Assembly (NCBI RefSeq): GCF_001194135.2
Contig: NC_068999.1
Span: forward strand, 2,686,294 to 2,750,293
Direction: 5' to 3'
Length of the DNA: 64,000 nucleotides
From: Octopus bimaculoides
Lineage: Eukaryota
Position numbers and translations under genes: made by a program. Shown one piece after another: positions 13,755 through 62,100 of this stretch. Numbering within the stretch: the stretch's first letter is position 1; each line of letters opens with the position of its first letter. The notes under the pieces were generated by a model. That model did not search any database and was not told the origin of the DNA. It was given only the letters and a program-made list of their open reading frames with translations.

Positions 13755-14664
13755 GATGTTTCCTTCGTTATCGCACTACGACTAAATGTAGGAGAAGCTT
13801 CCTTACCACCAACCCAGTCACCTGGCCTCTGGCATTCTGAAAGACGCACCCTGTTTGTAAATTTATGATTTAATTTCCTTATGACTTCTCTATCAACTGT
13901 TAAAAGTCAAGTATGCTTCCATTTCCCCCATGCACGAACCCACATCCTGTCATTCAGTCTGATTGCTTACCACGCTCGCCGCTAGCAGAGTCGGAACAAA
14001 AAGACGGTCTACGCGATCAGATGCGATGCCTGCAAGCCAAGATGGACGAGAAACGTGTAAATAATTAACGCCACCTCATCAACAATGCCCCGCATTGTTC
14101 AGGTACAATTACCAGCGAGATGACAAAGGTTAATAGATTTTGTTCTGTGAAGATGAGAGATACCAGCTGTATGGAAAATAAGAACGTTTCCAAATCGGAA
14201 TGGTGTGCCGAAGTGGTAGCAATAGTGACAGTGATTCTATAGATAATTACAGTGATACGTCATTCTCGGTAGATAGCATGATAGATGGTTAAACATCGGA
14301 TGAAGACTGGTCTTTTAATTTACAGCATCCATTGTAGTAAAGCTTATTCAAACAAACAGCTAACTGTTTGCTGAAATGGCAGGAGAGATGCTTCATTCTT
14401 TCCTACTGAAGGAGATCAGCCAAAGAAAGTTTTCAATGGATGAATTTTATAACAAAAATAAATAAATCAATTATATTCTCGTAAGCCACCATATTTTGCT
14501 TGTGTATAATTGTTTAATTATTTACACTGTTATGCAAATGAGCTTAACATTTGTTTGTTATTCACTGCCAACACGGCCTATTAGATGTGCGTGTGCGCGC
14601 GCTCATGTATCCCCTTTCTTGCTCTCTCTCTTCTTCATTAAACTACACACGCGCACACATATTT

Positions 14665-14745
<81 letters not shown>

Positions 14746-16254
14746 CATACATATATATGTATATATATGTATGTATATATACATACATGCATAAATATAT
14801 ATATATGTACATATATNNNNNNNNNNNNNNNNNNNNNNNNNNNNNNNNNNNNNNNNNNNNNNNNNNNNNNNNNNNNNNNNNNNNNNNNNNNNNNNNNNNN
14901 NNNNNNNNNNNNNNNNNNNNNNNNNNNNNNNNNNNNNNNNNNNNNNNNNNNNNNNNNNNNNNNNNNNNNNNNNNNNNNNNNNNNNNNNNNNNNNNNNNNN
15001 NNNNNNNNNNNNNNNNNNNNNNNNNNNNNNNNNNNNNNNNNNNNNNNNNNNNNNNNNNNNNNNNNNNNNNNNNNNNNNNNNNNNNNNNNNNNNNNNNNNN
15101 NNNNNNNNNNNNNNNNNNNNNNNNNNNNNNNNNNNNNNNNNNNNNNNNNNNNNNNNNNNNNNNNNNNNNNNNNNNNNNNNNNNNNNNNNNNNNNNNNNNN
15201 NNNNNNNNNNNNNNNNNNNNNNNNNNNNNNNNNNNNNNNNNNNNNNNNNNNNNNNNNNNNNNNNNNNNNNNNNNNNNNNNNNNNNNNNNNNNNNNNNNNN
15301 NNNNNNNNNNNNNNNNNNNNNNNNNNNNNNNNNNNNNNNNNNNNNNNNNNNNNNNNNNNNNNNNNNNNNNNNNNNNNNNNNNNNNNNNNNNNNNNNNNNN
15401 NNNNNNNNNNNNNNNNNNNNNNNNNATATACAGAGTTAGCGGTTACAGTAACCGACTAAGGGATAAAATATCCGTATATACCATCGGTATCCGTTACCCG
15501 TGTTATCCCCGAGCATTGGTGTGCAGACACACCATACACGTAGAGTGCAGATAACAACAGGATAAACAAGAGTTTATTAGGAACCAATATAAATGATTAC
15601 AAATATCGTACACACATACACGCGCGTACACACACACATATATATATTGTATTATGTTTAGAAACGATGCATGGCTCCAGTATTTTCGACTTGAGTCAAA
15701 TGCAGCGAGCCACTCCAAATCCTTGTACGAGTATCCGTAGGAGTGGAGTCAGGACAGGTTAGTTTGTACTGGCATCGAATTCTATAAATCGTAATAATGA
15801 AACCAAATCTAATAATGATGTTTTGAATGCATTTAATACGAACGTTTCAGAACTGAGTAATATAAAACAGGAAATACACCCCCTTACGCAATACCTTCTT
15901 CAGTCAATACATTTAGAAGTGCATTAACTGAAGTAGGTCTTGCGTTAGGGATGTATTTCTTATTATGCAGATCTGAAACGTATGTCTTAAATGATTTCAA
16001 CATATCATTCGGTTTATGTATGTATGTATGTATGTATGTATGTATGTATGTATGTATGTATGTATGTATGTATGTACGTACGTACGTATGTATGTATGTT
16101 TGTATGTTTGTATGCATATATGTACGTAGGCATGTTTATTATAATATTATTAAAAGCCCTAACTTCAAATAATTGATTAAATATACGCTCATATTTGTAT
16201 ATACATATATACATACATAATATATGCATTCATGCATACATATGTCTGTGTATC

Positions 16255-16525
16255 ATGTTCAATTCCCGGCGACGCGTTGTGTCCTTGAGCAAGACACTTT
16301 ATTTCACGTTGCTCCAGTCCACTCAGCTGGCAAAAATGAGTTGTACCAGTAATTCGAAAGGGCCAGCCTTGTCACATTCTGTGTCACGCTGAATCTTCCC
16401 GAGAACTATGTAAAGGGTACACGGGTCTGTGGAGTGCTCAGCCACTTGTACGTTAATTTCACGAGCAGGCTGTTCCGTTGATCATATCAGCTGGGACCCT
16501 TGTCGTCGTAACTGACGGAGTGCTT
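16255..16525 (+). mobile_element. SINE family C
   Basis: GTGTCCTTGAGCAAGACACTTTATTTCACGTTGCTCCAGTCCACTCAGCTGG; an inverted copy lies at ~10205-10480. Confidence 0.65.
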
Positions 16526-16599
16526 CTTTCTATGCATGTATGTATGCATGTATGTATGTATGTATGTATGTATGTATGTATGTATGTATGTATGTATGT

Positions 16600-16815
16600 A
16601 TGTATGTTATTTGTGTGTCTGTGTTTCTCCCTCCACCATCCTTTCACAACCGATGTTGATGTGTTTAGGTCTCCGTAACTTAGCGGTTCGGCAAAAGAGA
16701 CCGATAGAATAAGTACTAGGCTTACAAAGAATAAGTCCTGGGGTCGATTTGCTCGACTAAAGGCGGTGCTCCAGCAAGGCCGCAGTCAAATGACTGAAAC
16801 AAGTAAAAGAATAAA
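16600..16815 (+). mobile_element. SINE family B with internal microsatellite
   Basis: CGTAACTTAGCGGTTCGGCAAAAGAGACCGATAGAATAAGTAC...CAGTCAAATGACTGAAAC; recurs at ~19070-19380, 26695-27065, 41480-41720, 49600-49800 and 63870-64000. Confidence 0.7.
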
Positions 16816-16840
16816 AGACAGACAGACAGACAGACAGATG

Positions 16841-16937
<97 letters not shown>

Positions 16938-19122
16938 GTACAATCAAAGGATCCAAGTGTAGGAAGTTTATAAGCTTCGAGCATGTATGCAGTTAGTGTA
17001 GAAGAGAAAATGTAGACAATATTCGATAAATAGATTTATTAACATCGTACGTTAAACTATATCGTACGTTCGTACCATATTGAAATTATTTTCTGCTATT
17101 GGCACAAAGCCTAAAATTTGAGGGAAGGGGTGCTAGTTGATTACTTCGACCCTAGTGCTTGACCGGTGCTTACTTTATCGACCACCAAAAGGATGAAAGG
17201 TAAAGTCGACCTCGGCGGAATTTGAGGACATAAGGAGCGGACGAAATGCCGCTGAGCATTTTGTCCGGTCTGCTAATGATTCTGCCAGCTCGCACCAGAT
17301 TGAAATTAAAAGGAACTTTGATAAGTTGACCGTCTCCTTACGACTCCCGGCTTAGCAGCTGAAGCGGCTAAAGATGCGATTAAAATTCCCAGAAGCGAAG
17401 GAATGGAACAGGTGAAACACATGTGTATACACACACACACACACACGCATTCGCGCGAGCGCAGACACACACATGGGCGCAGGCATGGCTGTGTGATAAG
17501 AAGCTTGCTTCCCAACCACATGGTTCCATGTTCAGTCCATCCATCCATCCAGCCAGCCAGCCATTCATCACTCTATCTGTCTGTCCGTCCGTCCGTCTAT
17601 TCACCCATCCATCTTTTCTGCCCTCTATTCCTGGGAAGATCGAGAGGGAAGGGTCCTTTTGATAACTTGTAGAATTCACCCCATCTTCTATAAGAATTTA
17701 CCGTTGATAAAAGAGCTGGAATCCACAGAAATGACTTGCCTTGNNNNNNNNNNNNNNNNNNNNNNNNNNNNNNNNNNNNNNNNNNNNNNNNNNNNNNNNN
17801 NNNNNNNNNNNNNNNNNNNNNNNNNNNNNNNNNNNNNNNNNNNNNNNNNNNNNNNNNNNNNNNNNNNNNNNNNNNNNNNNNNNNNNNNNNNNNNNNNNNN
17901 NNNNNNNNNNNNNNNNNNNNNNNNNNNNNNNNNNNNNNNNNNNNNNNNNNNNNNNNNNTATATATATATATATATATATGAGTGAAATTACTCATGGAAG
18001 TTAATGTTCAAAACAATCTTTTATTTACACCAACAGAAAAGAAACACCAACAATTCAGCGTGTAGTTGTTTGTTTGTTTTTTGTCTATTATTTTTTTTTT
18101 ACTCTAAAATCTAACGAAATCTGTTTTCTCTTTATTATGTCATGTACATTTGTTAATAATGGATTATTTGTATAACAGCCTTAATATAATCTATATTTCA
18201 TCGGTCTATTTAAGAGAAGCAGTCAAGCATGCTCTATTAGTTCCACTATAACGCACCGAATCTCACAAAAAGAAAAAGGATAAAAAAAAAGAAAGCTTCG
18301 AGTCAATGGCGTGGTTTAACTGTTGTCTGCACTGTTTTTGTGTTATTGTTATTGCTGTTGTTGTTGTTGCAGGTGGTTGTGGTATTGGTTGTGGTTGTGG
18401 TGGTGGGCCCGGCCCCTTTGATCGAGAATTCATCAGTTAATCTCCACGCTCCTGAATGTAGCCAATTAATGTTTAATTCTTCTGCTCGACTATATCAGCA
18501 GTCATTAATAGTTTAGTACAAGTTCTGTTATTCAGCGAGCCATCTATTCTTGCAAGCTACTTGAGAAGACAATAGACCTCTGGCAAACTGGCTACTAAAT
18601 AATGACTGACTCCTGCTAGAAGAGAGCAATCACTTAAAAATGTGCAGCGTCCAATGAAGTTGGCTATAATCACTGAAAAGCGGGGTAGAATCAAGTTTTA
18701 GCTAATGACCACCGATCAATATATTTACACAATACCTGCACTCGTGTTCCATCACCGACTACACATACCATTGCAAACCAATTGCCATCCTCTCTCTCTC
18801 CAACTCCTCGTCCTCCGTTCATCACCCCTACCTACTATCTCTATATCACTTCTTCTCCTTCTTCTTCTTCTTCTTCTTCTCAAATCTACACCATTTAACC
18901 TGATAAACTCCCAGCCAGTTCAGCTGGCGTCCTGGTTTCAATTCATGGTTAAGGATACTTCACTCGCACGACATCATTAACTTGACCCCCCACCCCGGAA
19001 AAAATAAATAATAATAAATAACAAAAAAAAAAGGATGAACGCCACACAATCTTATTCCACACCTTGTTCTACTAAAGCCTTGCGAGTGGATTTGGTAGAC
19101 GGAAACTGAAAGAATCCCGTCG

Positions 19123-19164
<42 letters not shown>

Positions 19165-20237
19165 TTTATGTATATGCGTGTATATGTTTGTGTGTGTTTT
19201 TCCTCGCAACATCGCTTGACAACCGATGCTGGTATGTTTACGTCCCCGTAACTTAGCGTTCGGCAAAAAGAGACCGATAGAATAAGTACTAGGCTTACAA
19301 AGAATAAGCCCTGGGGTCGATTTGCTCGGCTAAAGGCAGTGCTCCAGCATGGCCGCAGTCAAATGACTGAAACAAAAAGAAAAAATGAAAAAGAATATAT
19401 ATATGTATNNNNNNNNNNNNNNNNNNNNNNNNNNNNNNNNNNNNNNNNNNNNNNNNNNNNNNNNNNNNNNNNNNNNNNNNNNNNNNNNNNNNNNNNNNNN
19501 NNNNNNNNNNNNNNNNNNNNNNNNNNNNNNNNNNNNNNNNNNNNNNNNNNNNNNNNNNNNNNNNNNNNNNNNNNNNNNNNNNNNNNNNNNNNNNNNNNNN
19601 NNNNNNNNNNNNTTAGATTTACAACAAATCATTTCTTTTTATTGGAAACCATAAACATCCCAAATACAGTTTTTCCTGGCTTATTCGCACTGGTCAAGGT
19701 GAATCCACGGCTGGGCAGATAAAAAAGAATAAATACTTCGTCCTTCTAGTTGTTTATCTTATGTCTTTAACCCCCATTTCCCCTTAATTTAATCTAAATT
19801 TGAAGAGGTAAATATTTAGGAGGGGGTCAAGCGAAGGAATTCGCACCTGTCAAAAGTCGATAATAACCAACCATACACTTGGCCACGGGGAAGTCAAACT
19901 ACAAACATTGCCGCACGATTATCAAGTTGGTCAGACATTCTTGATGTTATTTTCAAACAGACGATATCGACTTTTAAAAATGTCTCTGTCATACTGAGAT
20001 GCCTGGCATTGTATTGGTGAAGTAGACGTGGTATTTTGACTTGTTTAACCCCAGGTTAGTTTTTGACTGAGCAAACTTTCAATTATAGATGTTCCAAACA
20101 TGAGCATCCCATTTTTTTTTCGGACATAAAATAACTCTTAGACAAAATAATCTAACCTGATGTGTCTAATGTCAGTTAGCAATCGTAACGGGTTCAATAC
20201 TTAGTGACTGTATCCGTCAGTATATGAAAGAATTCTA

Positions 20238-20364
20238 CAGGGTGTCCACAAAGTTTGGGTACATGGCGATTAACACGTACTTTAAGAAATTATTATTTCT
20301 TATATTTAATTGTTTATGTTATGATTTTATTTACTCCGTGTACCCAGACCTTGTGGACACCCTG
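20238..20364. mobile_element. Tc1/mariner-type MITE
   Basis: TA|CAGGGTGTCCACAAAGTTTGGGTACATGG ... CCGTGTACCCAGACCTTGTGGACACCCTG|TA; 29-bp TIRs with 3 mismatches, TA target duplication. Confidence 0.85.
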
Positions 20365-23300
20365 TATAATATATTAAGTAACTAAGTGAAACAAGTGCTA
20401 AATATATATTTCAGCCATGGATACAACACAGTGTCTCTGTTAAGATACGAACCGCTAACCTCTTGTTTTGCTGCATACCATTGATTCGGTCATCGCGTTC
20501 CCTGTTATTGATTAGACAAAACAAAGTAAGCAGTAAATTTTCTTTGGCCAATACTTTATAGCCACCAACTAAACAAACTAGATATATCAAAATATATTTG
20601 GCCTTGATATCGTATGACTTTGGGCTCAAACCCAAATTTAGTGCAACTTCTCTTCCAGCAAACAAAATGTTGTGCTTTTCTCTATTTTAGAAGCCTTCGT
20701 CTTCAGCAAATATAAACCACTTTATGGATTCTTTATAAAATTCCTTAAATCCTTGAAATTTCTTTAGTTCGGATTACATGATTATTACAGATGACATTTG
20801 GTGAGATGTTATGGTCTAAATGCTGTATTAATCAGCACAAGACTTCGAGAAAATGTTCTCCCTGGATTTTACAGAAATAGATTGAAATAAAAACAGTATC
20901 GAATCTATAACAATGTCATACATTGATTTATATAAGTTACGATCTTGTGTCCTATTGTTTAAATAGTTAAAGTATTGCAAATATCTTTTGTAATAATTCC
21001 TGGATAGCCGAGGCTTTTGAGCTGGCGTCCACTCCCGATTAAAGTAATTTCGCTTCATTTTAATCATATATCGGATTGATTATAATATAATAGTTTCTTC
21101 CAGAGACGAGAAACCTTAGGCAAAGGATTCACCATCTCGAAAACCCAACCAAAGCAGGAGTAAATTATACAATACACCTACAGATGAGTTGACTGTTTAG
21201 TGGTGTTGTGTGGTGCCAGTTTCCCGTTAAATCCTAAACTACCCCACTCACTAAACACAATCAGTCATGGTTTACTAGTGTGGTACCACCCAAGACTGAA
21301 ACATAACACACAGGGAATATTAAAGCTATGAGTTTCTCTTGGTTACTTACTAAACCTGATACATGACCCAATTTTACACGACAAAGCTGTTAGAAGCATT
21401 TTGCAAACCTTGAAACCAAGACGACAGGCTCACGACAAGCTGCATCTCAGCTCAGAGAATAAAAATGGAAAGTTTCTCATTGGAAGCCCACTACCATTTG
21501 TTCCATGAATAGGAATCTGTAGATAATGTCTTCAGTGGTTCCCCTATCAGCAATATCTCCCTTTTTCAGTTTGTAACGTCAGGTATCACAGAATTTCAAG
21601 TAATCGCTCGTTTCTAACCGAATATTCCACAGATATCGTGGTTAACAGTAACTCATGAGTCTTGCCATTATCTTTGCCTCACGAGTTTAACATTCACCAT
21701 TTTTTCTATGATTAACTCCAAAGAAAAAACAAGACATTGAAAGAACATTATCCACTGGTCAATCCTCTTTTTTTTTTTATAAATATATATATATATCAAA
21801 ATCTGGTCTTTCCAGGTTGGACCTCACTTACCAATTTCTTTAAACATCCACGGACTTCTAATCTGGACGGCTGTCTCTTCTCTAATAATAAACTTTACTC
21901 CTCCGACCCCCTCTCTCACGATTCAATGACACTTCTACTACTCCTCCTGCTTTACCCCTCTCTCACTATTCAATGACTCTTCTACTATTCTTCCTTCTTG
22001 GTTTAGCAACGGTGGCGTAATTTTCTTTCAAACTGAGTTTCGATACGTACTACAATTAATTGTTTGTACGAAAAGGTCTATGCACATCAAATTGTCTTTA
22101 AATTAAGTGGCGGCAGAATTATCGCTGAACTTTTAAAAGGTTAATTTATTGTTGCCTACCGCCAGCTATATGTTGATTGTTCAATGATAGGGAATGGAAG
22201 CCAGCTATTTTGTACTGACCCCGAATGAGATGACAAATTATATCGTTGTTTTGATGAAAATTATTCGTTGTTTGAAAAATATTGTTGAAGTTTAATAAAA
22301 TTTAATATACACTCAATGCATGAAGTGTCATTGTTGGGCCCAAGGCCCACTGAAGAACCCTCCACAGGAGCTAGCTTAAAAACCGCTCGATAGGGTGGGT
22401 TTTAAGCTAGTATTAATATACAAACAGCATCACTTATTTCTCTTTGAGGCACAATTCCCTAATGTCCAAACTGGTTCAGCTCTGTTCCTCTCGTTAAAAC
22501 TGGTCTCATCTCAAAAACAAAGATTTTAGCTCCAATCTCTCTTCCTTTTTGATTCCTCTAAATTCATCTGATGACGCAAACGTTCCCCAGATTCCTCTAA
22601 TCACCGACACGTATTACTGTTTCTAGTCCTACATGGACGACATCTATATTTTACCTCAACTCTTAATACACCATCCGACGTCTTTGTTTCTTCACTTTTA
22701 AAAGAGCCAAATTAAATAGTTCTAAACAGCCACCCATCGCACCCTTTTAACCCTGATCGGTCCTCCAAACACTTTTTATCGATATCTTCTTCACCTCCAG
22801 TCCTAACCCAGCACTCAGTCTCAGCCTGTCGGGTCGTGTGTCACTTTTGCTTAAGGAAACCTCACAAACCGCCTGCTACTTCATTCAGTCAGAGACCCGA
22901 CAATTCTCAACTTCTCACCTTTCGGAGATCATCTGTTTCTACTTTGACTTATTCCAGACAGTTGTGTGGTCACTACAACTTTCCTACATCTCAATGTGGT
23001 CACTGGTCACTATCGCCTTCCTTGGTATGGACTTTCACATCTCTAACACAGCCCTAAGTGGTTCATTTTCAAATATCATCATCATTGTTTAACACAGCCG
23101 GTATCCTCCTCCTCTTCTACCCATTACAACTTTTATAATTGTGGTCACGTGGTTAGGCAAGAGGCCCCTGCTATCTGCAAGATTAGAATCTCTTCGTTGA
23201 ATTTCAACTCAAAACACAAACTTATATAGCAAGGTGTCTTTCCCGACAATGGGACAATTCTGTTCTCTCTACCATCGTGAACATTATTAATCGACCCTCA

Positions 23301-24457
23301 AAGGATAAAAGGCAAGTTTGATCTCACAGCAATTCGAAATCAGGGAAGCGGTCCAGAACAAATACTGCTTCTCCCTCTTCAATGACCACCACTACAGAAT
23401 CTGTGGAGCCAGATCTACTCTTCCCCATCACCATTGGGTTCTTTCTCTCCTACAGCCTCAATACACTCCAGAACTGCAGAGAACCTGCTCTTCAGTATAA
23501 TTTACCATTGGTTCCTCATTCAATCAAGTCTTCAGCAGTCTGATGAGAATCTTTTATTCATGTAATTATTTTATTAGGACACAGCTTTTATAGAAATTCC
23601 TTCGACACAAAACAAGGAAATATTTGTCTGAGAGGAATTGGAAAATATGTTACAAACATTGGATTGGGTGATATTGTCAAAGTGAATGTCACCACTGGAA
23701 GAACATCATTGAAGGTGAAGGTCATTATTGGAGAGGTGCTGAAGTTCTGCTGGAATGGCATTGTTGAAGGTGGAGGTCACTGTTGGAGGGACCTTACTAA
23801 AGATGAAGTTCTTCTGTCAGTATTTTTCAATACACAGACATTTCTACATAATCATCATCATTAACCTAATGATAGCATGAATGATGACAGACAGACACTG
23901 GGCAGATTTTTGAGAAAACAAAACCAAACAATAAATGAATGAAAATAAATATTTTATTTTTTCATTAATTTTATCATCATATTTGTATAAAATAAATTTG
24001 TTTACACTACATGACCTTGTGAGTTTGTGTGTGTTGTACATGCTGACAATGTTTGGATGGAACACCAGAGACCAAAATCTTATTTGAGATTCCTGCCCTC
24101 TTGGAGAGGTTGCAGACCATGTCTCACTCATATATTCCAGTCTGGATTTAGTTTCTATGGTTAGATGTCCTCCCTATTGCGCATGTATGTGTGTGTGGGC
24201 AGGGGAAAGCATTAAAAAAAAAAAACAGATGAGTTATAGAAGTTTAATGTAAGCCCTCATTTGGAGAATTGGTTTAACAAACCAGTAAGGAATGGAGGAA
24301 TTAAAACTGAAGGAGGGGGAATCTTATAAAAATGGAAAATGAACGAAAGAAAAACTTTAAAGAAATATTTTCGGTAATTTTATGTTGATAAACAATAATT
24401 GGGAAACAATGATACAGCTTTAATGCAAGTATCAAGAGAATATTTCAGTGTATGTGG

Positions 24458-24495
<38 letters not shown>

Positions 24496-24674
24496 GTGTA
24501 TATATATATATTTATTTGTTTATGGGTTTCAGCCAAGTGGCTGCGGTCATGCTGGTGCACCATACACATGCAGAAAGAGAGAGAGAGAGAGAGAGAGAAT
24601 ATATTTAGATGTACATAATATTATATATTTACAGAATATTGAATTTACACAAGAAATATGATTACATGGGTATA

Positions 24675-24680
24675 TTTATT
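24675..24680 (-). terminator. Candidate POLA1 poly(A) signal
   Basis: AATAAA on the minus strand about 110 nt downstream of the stop codon. Confidence 0.35.
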
Positions 24681-24791
24681 TGTGTGGGTGGGTGTGGATG
24701 GGTGGATGGACCCTTGACACAGATGGAACGGCCCTTCAATAACGTAATGAAGGAATAAAATACAAAATCTGGGAGAAGGAGTAACAATCAT

Positions 24792-59174
<34,383 letters not shown>

Positions 59175-59189
59175 GGCTACTTGAATTAT

Positions 59190-59198
59190 GGCGCGAAA
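59190..59198 (-). promoter_or_regulatory. E2F binding site in the POLA1 promoter/5' UTR
   Basis: TTTCGCGCC (fits TTTSSCGC) 16 bp upstream of the inferred ATG; POLA1 is an established E2F target in animals. Confidence 0.6.
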
Positions 59199-62100
59199 TA
59201 TAGATGGCACTGTAGTCAGCAAGCAGTTACTTCCCCATATACGGTGTACTTTACAAGACTGTATCCAGTTATAATAAGGCCATCGTTCTGTCAACTCCCG
59301 TTTGCGCTCTCTAAGCTAAACAGACAGTTATTATATAGTGGAGCTGGTTCAATTCATTGTTCCTGTCCACTACAAGAGTGTAATCTAGTTCATATATGGC
59401 CACTCATTTTTGTATAGTTTTCATTTGACATAAAGTCAATGTTTTTCAAGTAAAATAATAGTATATTACTGGTACATAGGAAGACAAAGTCGACCTCGCT
59501 GGGACATTTATTCAAAACATTTCCATTATTCGAAATATTAAAGTTATAAAAGCGGTAAATCCACACAAAATATGTTTGACCTAAAAATATTTGCGTCGTC
59601 AAGTAAAATAACAGATTCACCCGATCTGTCTATATTTATAATTTGTTATCGTGTTATAAATCTTCCAACACACTTCTTCTCTGGCCAACAACACGTTCTT
59701 TTTCCCGACATAACCACTCAATTATAATAAATAATACTTTGTTGCAACGACTGAACGGTCGAGATTGGAGGGGAAAAAAGAATTAAAATAAAAGAAAAGG
59801 GGGAATGAAATATAAACATGTGTATATCTATATCATACACACATGTATTATGCTTATATAGATATATACATACATCAATGTGTGTTTTAGGGGTGGGAAG
59901 AGAGTGAAAGAAAAAGATGGGTGGAGAGAGAGAAGTAGAGGGATTAACAATGTGAAAACAAACGAGAGAGAGAGAGAGAGAAAAAAATAAATAGATAGAA
60001 AGAGAGATGGAGTGAGAAATAAAGAGAGAGAGAGAGGGGGAGGGAGTGTGTGTGGTTTTTCTGTCGACATTCATTTAAGTGAGATGTCATTTCGAGTGAT
60101 CAGTGATTGAGACGAACTTTTCACTGTCGACCAATTCTAGTCAAAGTATTCATCAATATTTACAGTAAATATTTCCCCAGAAAGGCGGTGACATCTTTGA
60201 AGTGTTGAGTCTGATGTTGCTGCGGAGTGACGTGGAAGAGAAGCTGACTGAGTCGACAACGGATCTCTCTTACCTGGTAAACTGAACTCTACACCCACTT
60301 CTACCTTTATTGCCCTTTATTTATTTGACCTTTTTTCATTGCCATCAGCAAGAATTTCCCCAACACAAAACCCCACTGCGAGTCACCCCTAAAGGGAGAT
60401 GTCTGTGTGTGTGCCTGTAATAATAATAGTAATTACAAGAACCATTTCTGCGAAACCATCTTCTTGGTATTTCTGGTGGCCAACACTTTATCTAAACAAC
60501 ACTTGATGACGAAGCAGTTGTTTGTTTATAGATCAATCGTCCTTAATACATCATCAGACACCCAGATACGAAGTTACATACATAGATACGCGTGTGTATA
60601 CACACACACACACACACACAGAGCTAAAATTTATGTGTTTATTTCGGGTCCTGTCTACATACATTGTTTGTAACTGTTTTATTTATTTGCTTGCTTTTTT
60701 TAAATATGCTTTTTATTGTTTTAATTGTTTTCTAAACTGACATGTTGGCTATCATAATCTTCTACCTTAGATTCTCCCTAAACACACCAGTCTCCGCATT
60801 TCTTAGATTATTCCTGGTACAACTTTCAGTTTACGTCGGACGCTCCGTTCAGAAACTCCAACAACAATCGTAATGATTATTTCCCAAACAAAAACATTAT
60901 TAGCTTTTGTCTTACAAGGCAGCAACCCCCATTGAAAGAACCTAATTGTGCAATACGATATGAATGAAGTGAACGATGCCAAAAATGTCTAGAAATAATA
61001 TGAACATTCCCTTACGTATTGAGGGGGATGAAACAGGGATCTCTACGGATGTTTATTATTAACGACGGAGACGAAGCCCAATGTCCACCAGGGCCTCTGA
61101 AACTGGAAGCAGGATGTTATCTTTAAATCAGATCGAATTATTAACGACCATATATATATTATAGGGGAGGGTGTTTACTAGGATTAATTGATATTGCTCC
61201 AGTATGACTGCAACCACATTGTTGAAACGAATAAAAGAAAATATTAATTGGTATTTATTTTATTGACCCTTGGTAAATGAAAAGTAAAGGGTTAATATCT
61301 AGATATTAAATGAAAAGTAAAGGGTTAATTTCCTTTAATATACGGTGCATTGCAACTGTTACACATTTTGGTTTCCATTTTCCCCACCGGGTGCGGATCT
61401 AAATATTAACCCAGCAAAGTTGATTTCAACAGAACCCAGAACGTAAAACGATTTAACAAAAATACCGCAAAGCATTTCTTTTACTGCTCCACTGATTCTT
61501 TCATGCTATAATGATAATGGCACGAGGCCAAATTTACAAAGGAAAGGCAGAATTGAATAAATAGACAATAATAATAATAATAATGATTTCAAATTTTTGC
61601 CACAAGGGCAGCTTGTGTGTGTGGGGAGAGGGGGTTAAGTCGATTACATCGACCCAGTGTGTAACTGGTACTTATTTAATCGACCTCGAAAGAATGAAAG
61701 GCAAAGTCGACCTAGGCGGAATTTGAACTCGGAACGGAACGGAAAGACTGGCGATATGTCACTCGGTATTTCGCCCGGCGTGCTAACGGTTCTGCCAGCT
61801 CGCCGCCTTAATAATAATAATAATAAGGATTATTTCAAATGTTGGCACAAGGCCAGCAATTTCGGGGGAAGGGACTAGTCGATTTACATCGACCCCCGAT
61901 ACTCAGCAGGTACTTATTTCATCGACCCCGAAAAGGATGAAAAGCAAAGTCGACTTCGGTGCCATTTGAACTCAGAACATTAATGAGTCAGACGAAATAC
62001 CACAAAACACGTCCCCCCCACGCAACCATCGCTCTAACGGTTCTGTCAACTCGCCACCTTAATAAGAATTCTTCCTGCCACATGCACAAGGCCTGACAAT

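Larger units (their letters stand above)
2870..19610. repeat. Microsatellite-dense intergenic zone: (TA)n, (CA)n, (TATG)n, (TCTA)n, (TTA)n with many N gaps
   Basis: Directly visible; gaps begin and end in these arrays. Confidence 0.95.

Noticed and set aside
15436-15459. Small hairpin CGGTTAC-A-GTAACCG next to a gap
   Set aside because: Too short to distinguish from chance, and the context is lost in the gap.
2798-19722. Many long ORFs rich in YI/HT/CV/X
   Set aside because: They are translations of (TA)n, (CA)n, (TATG)n arrays and N gaps, not genes.
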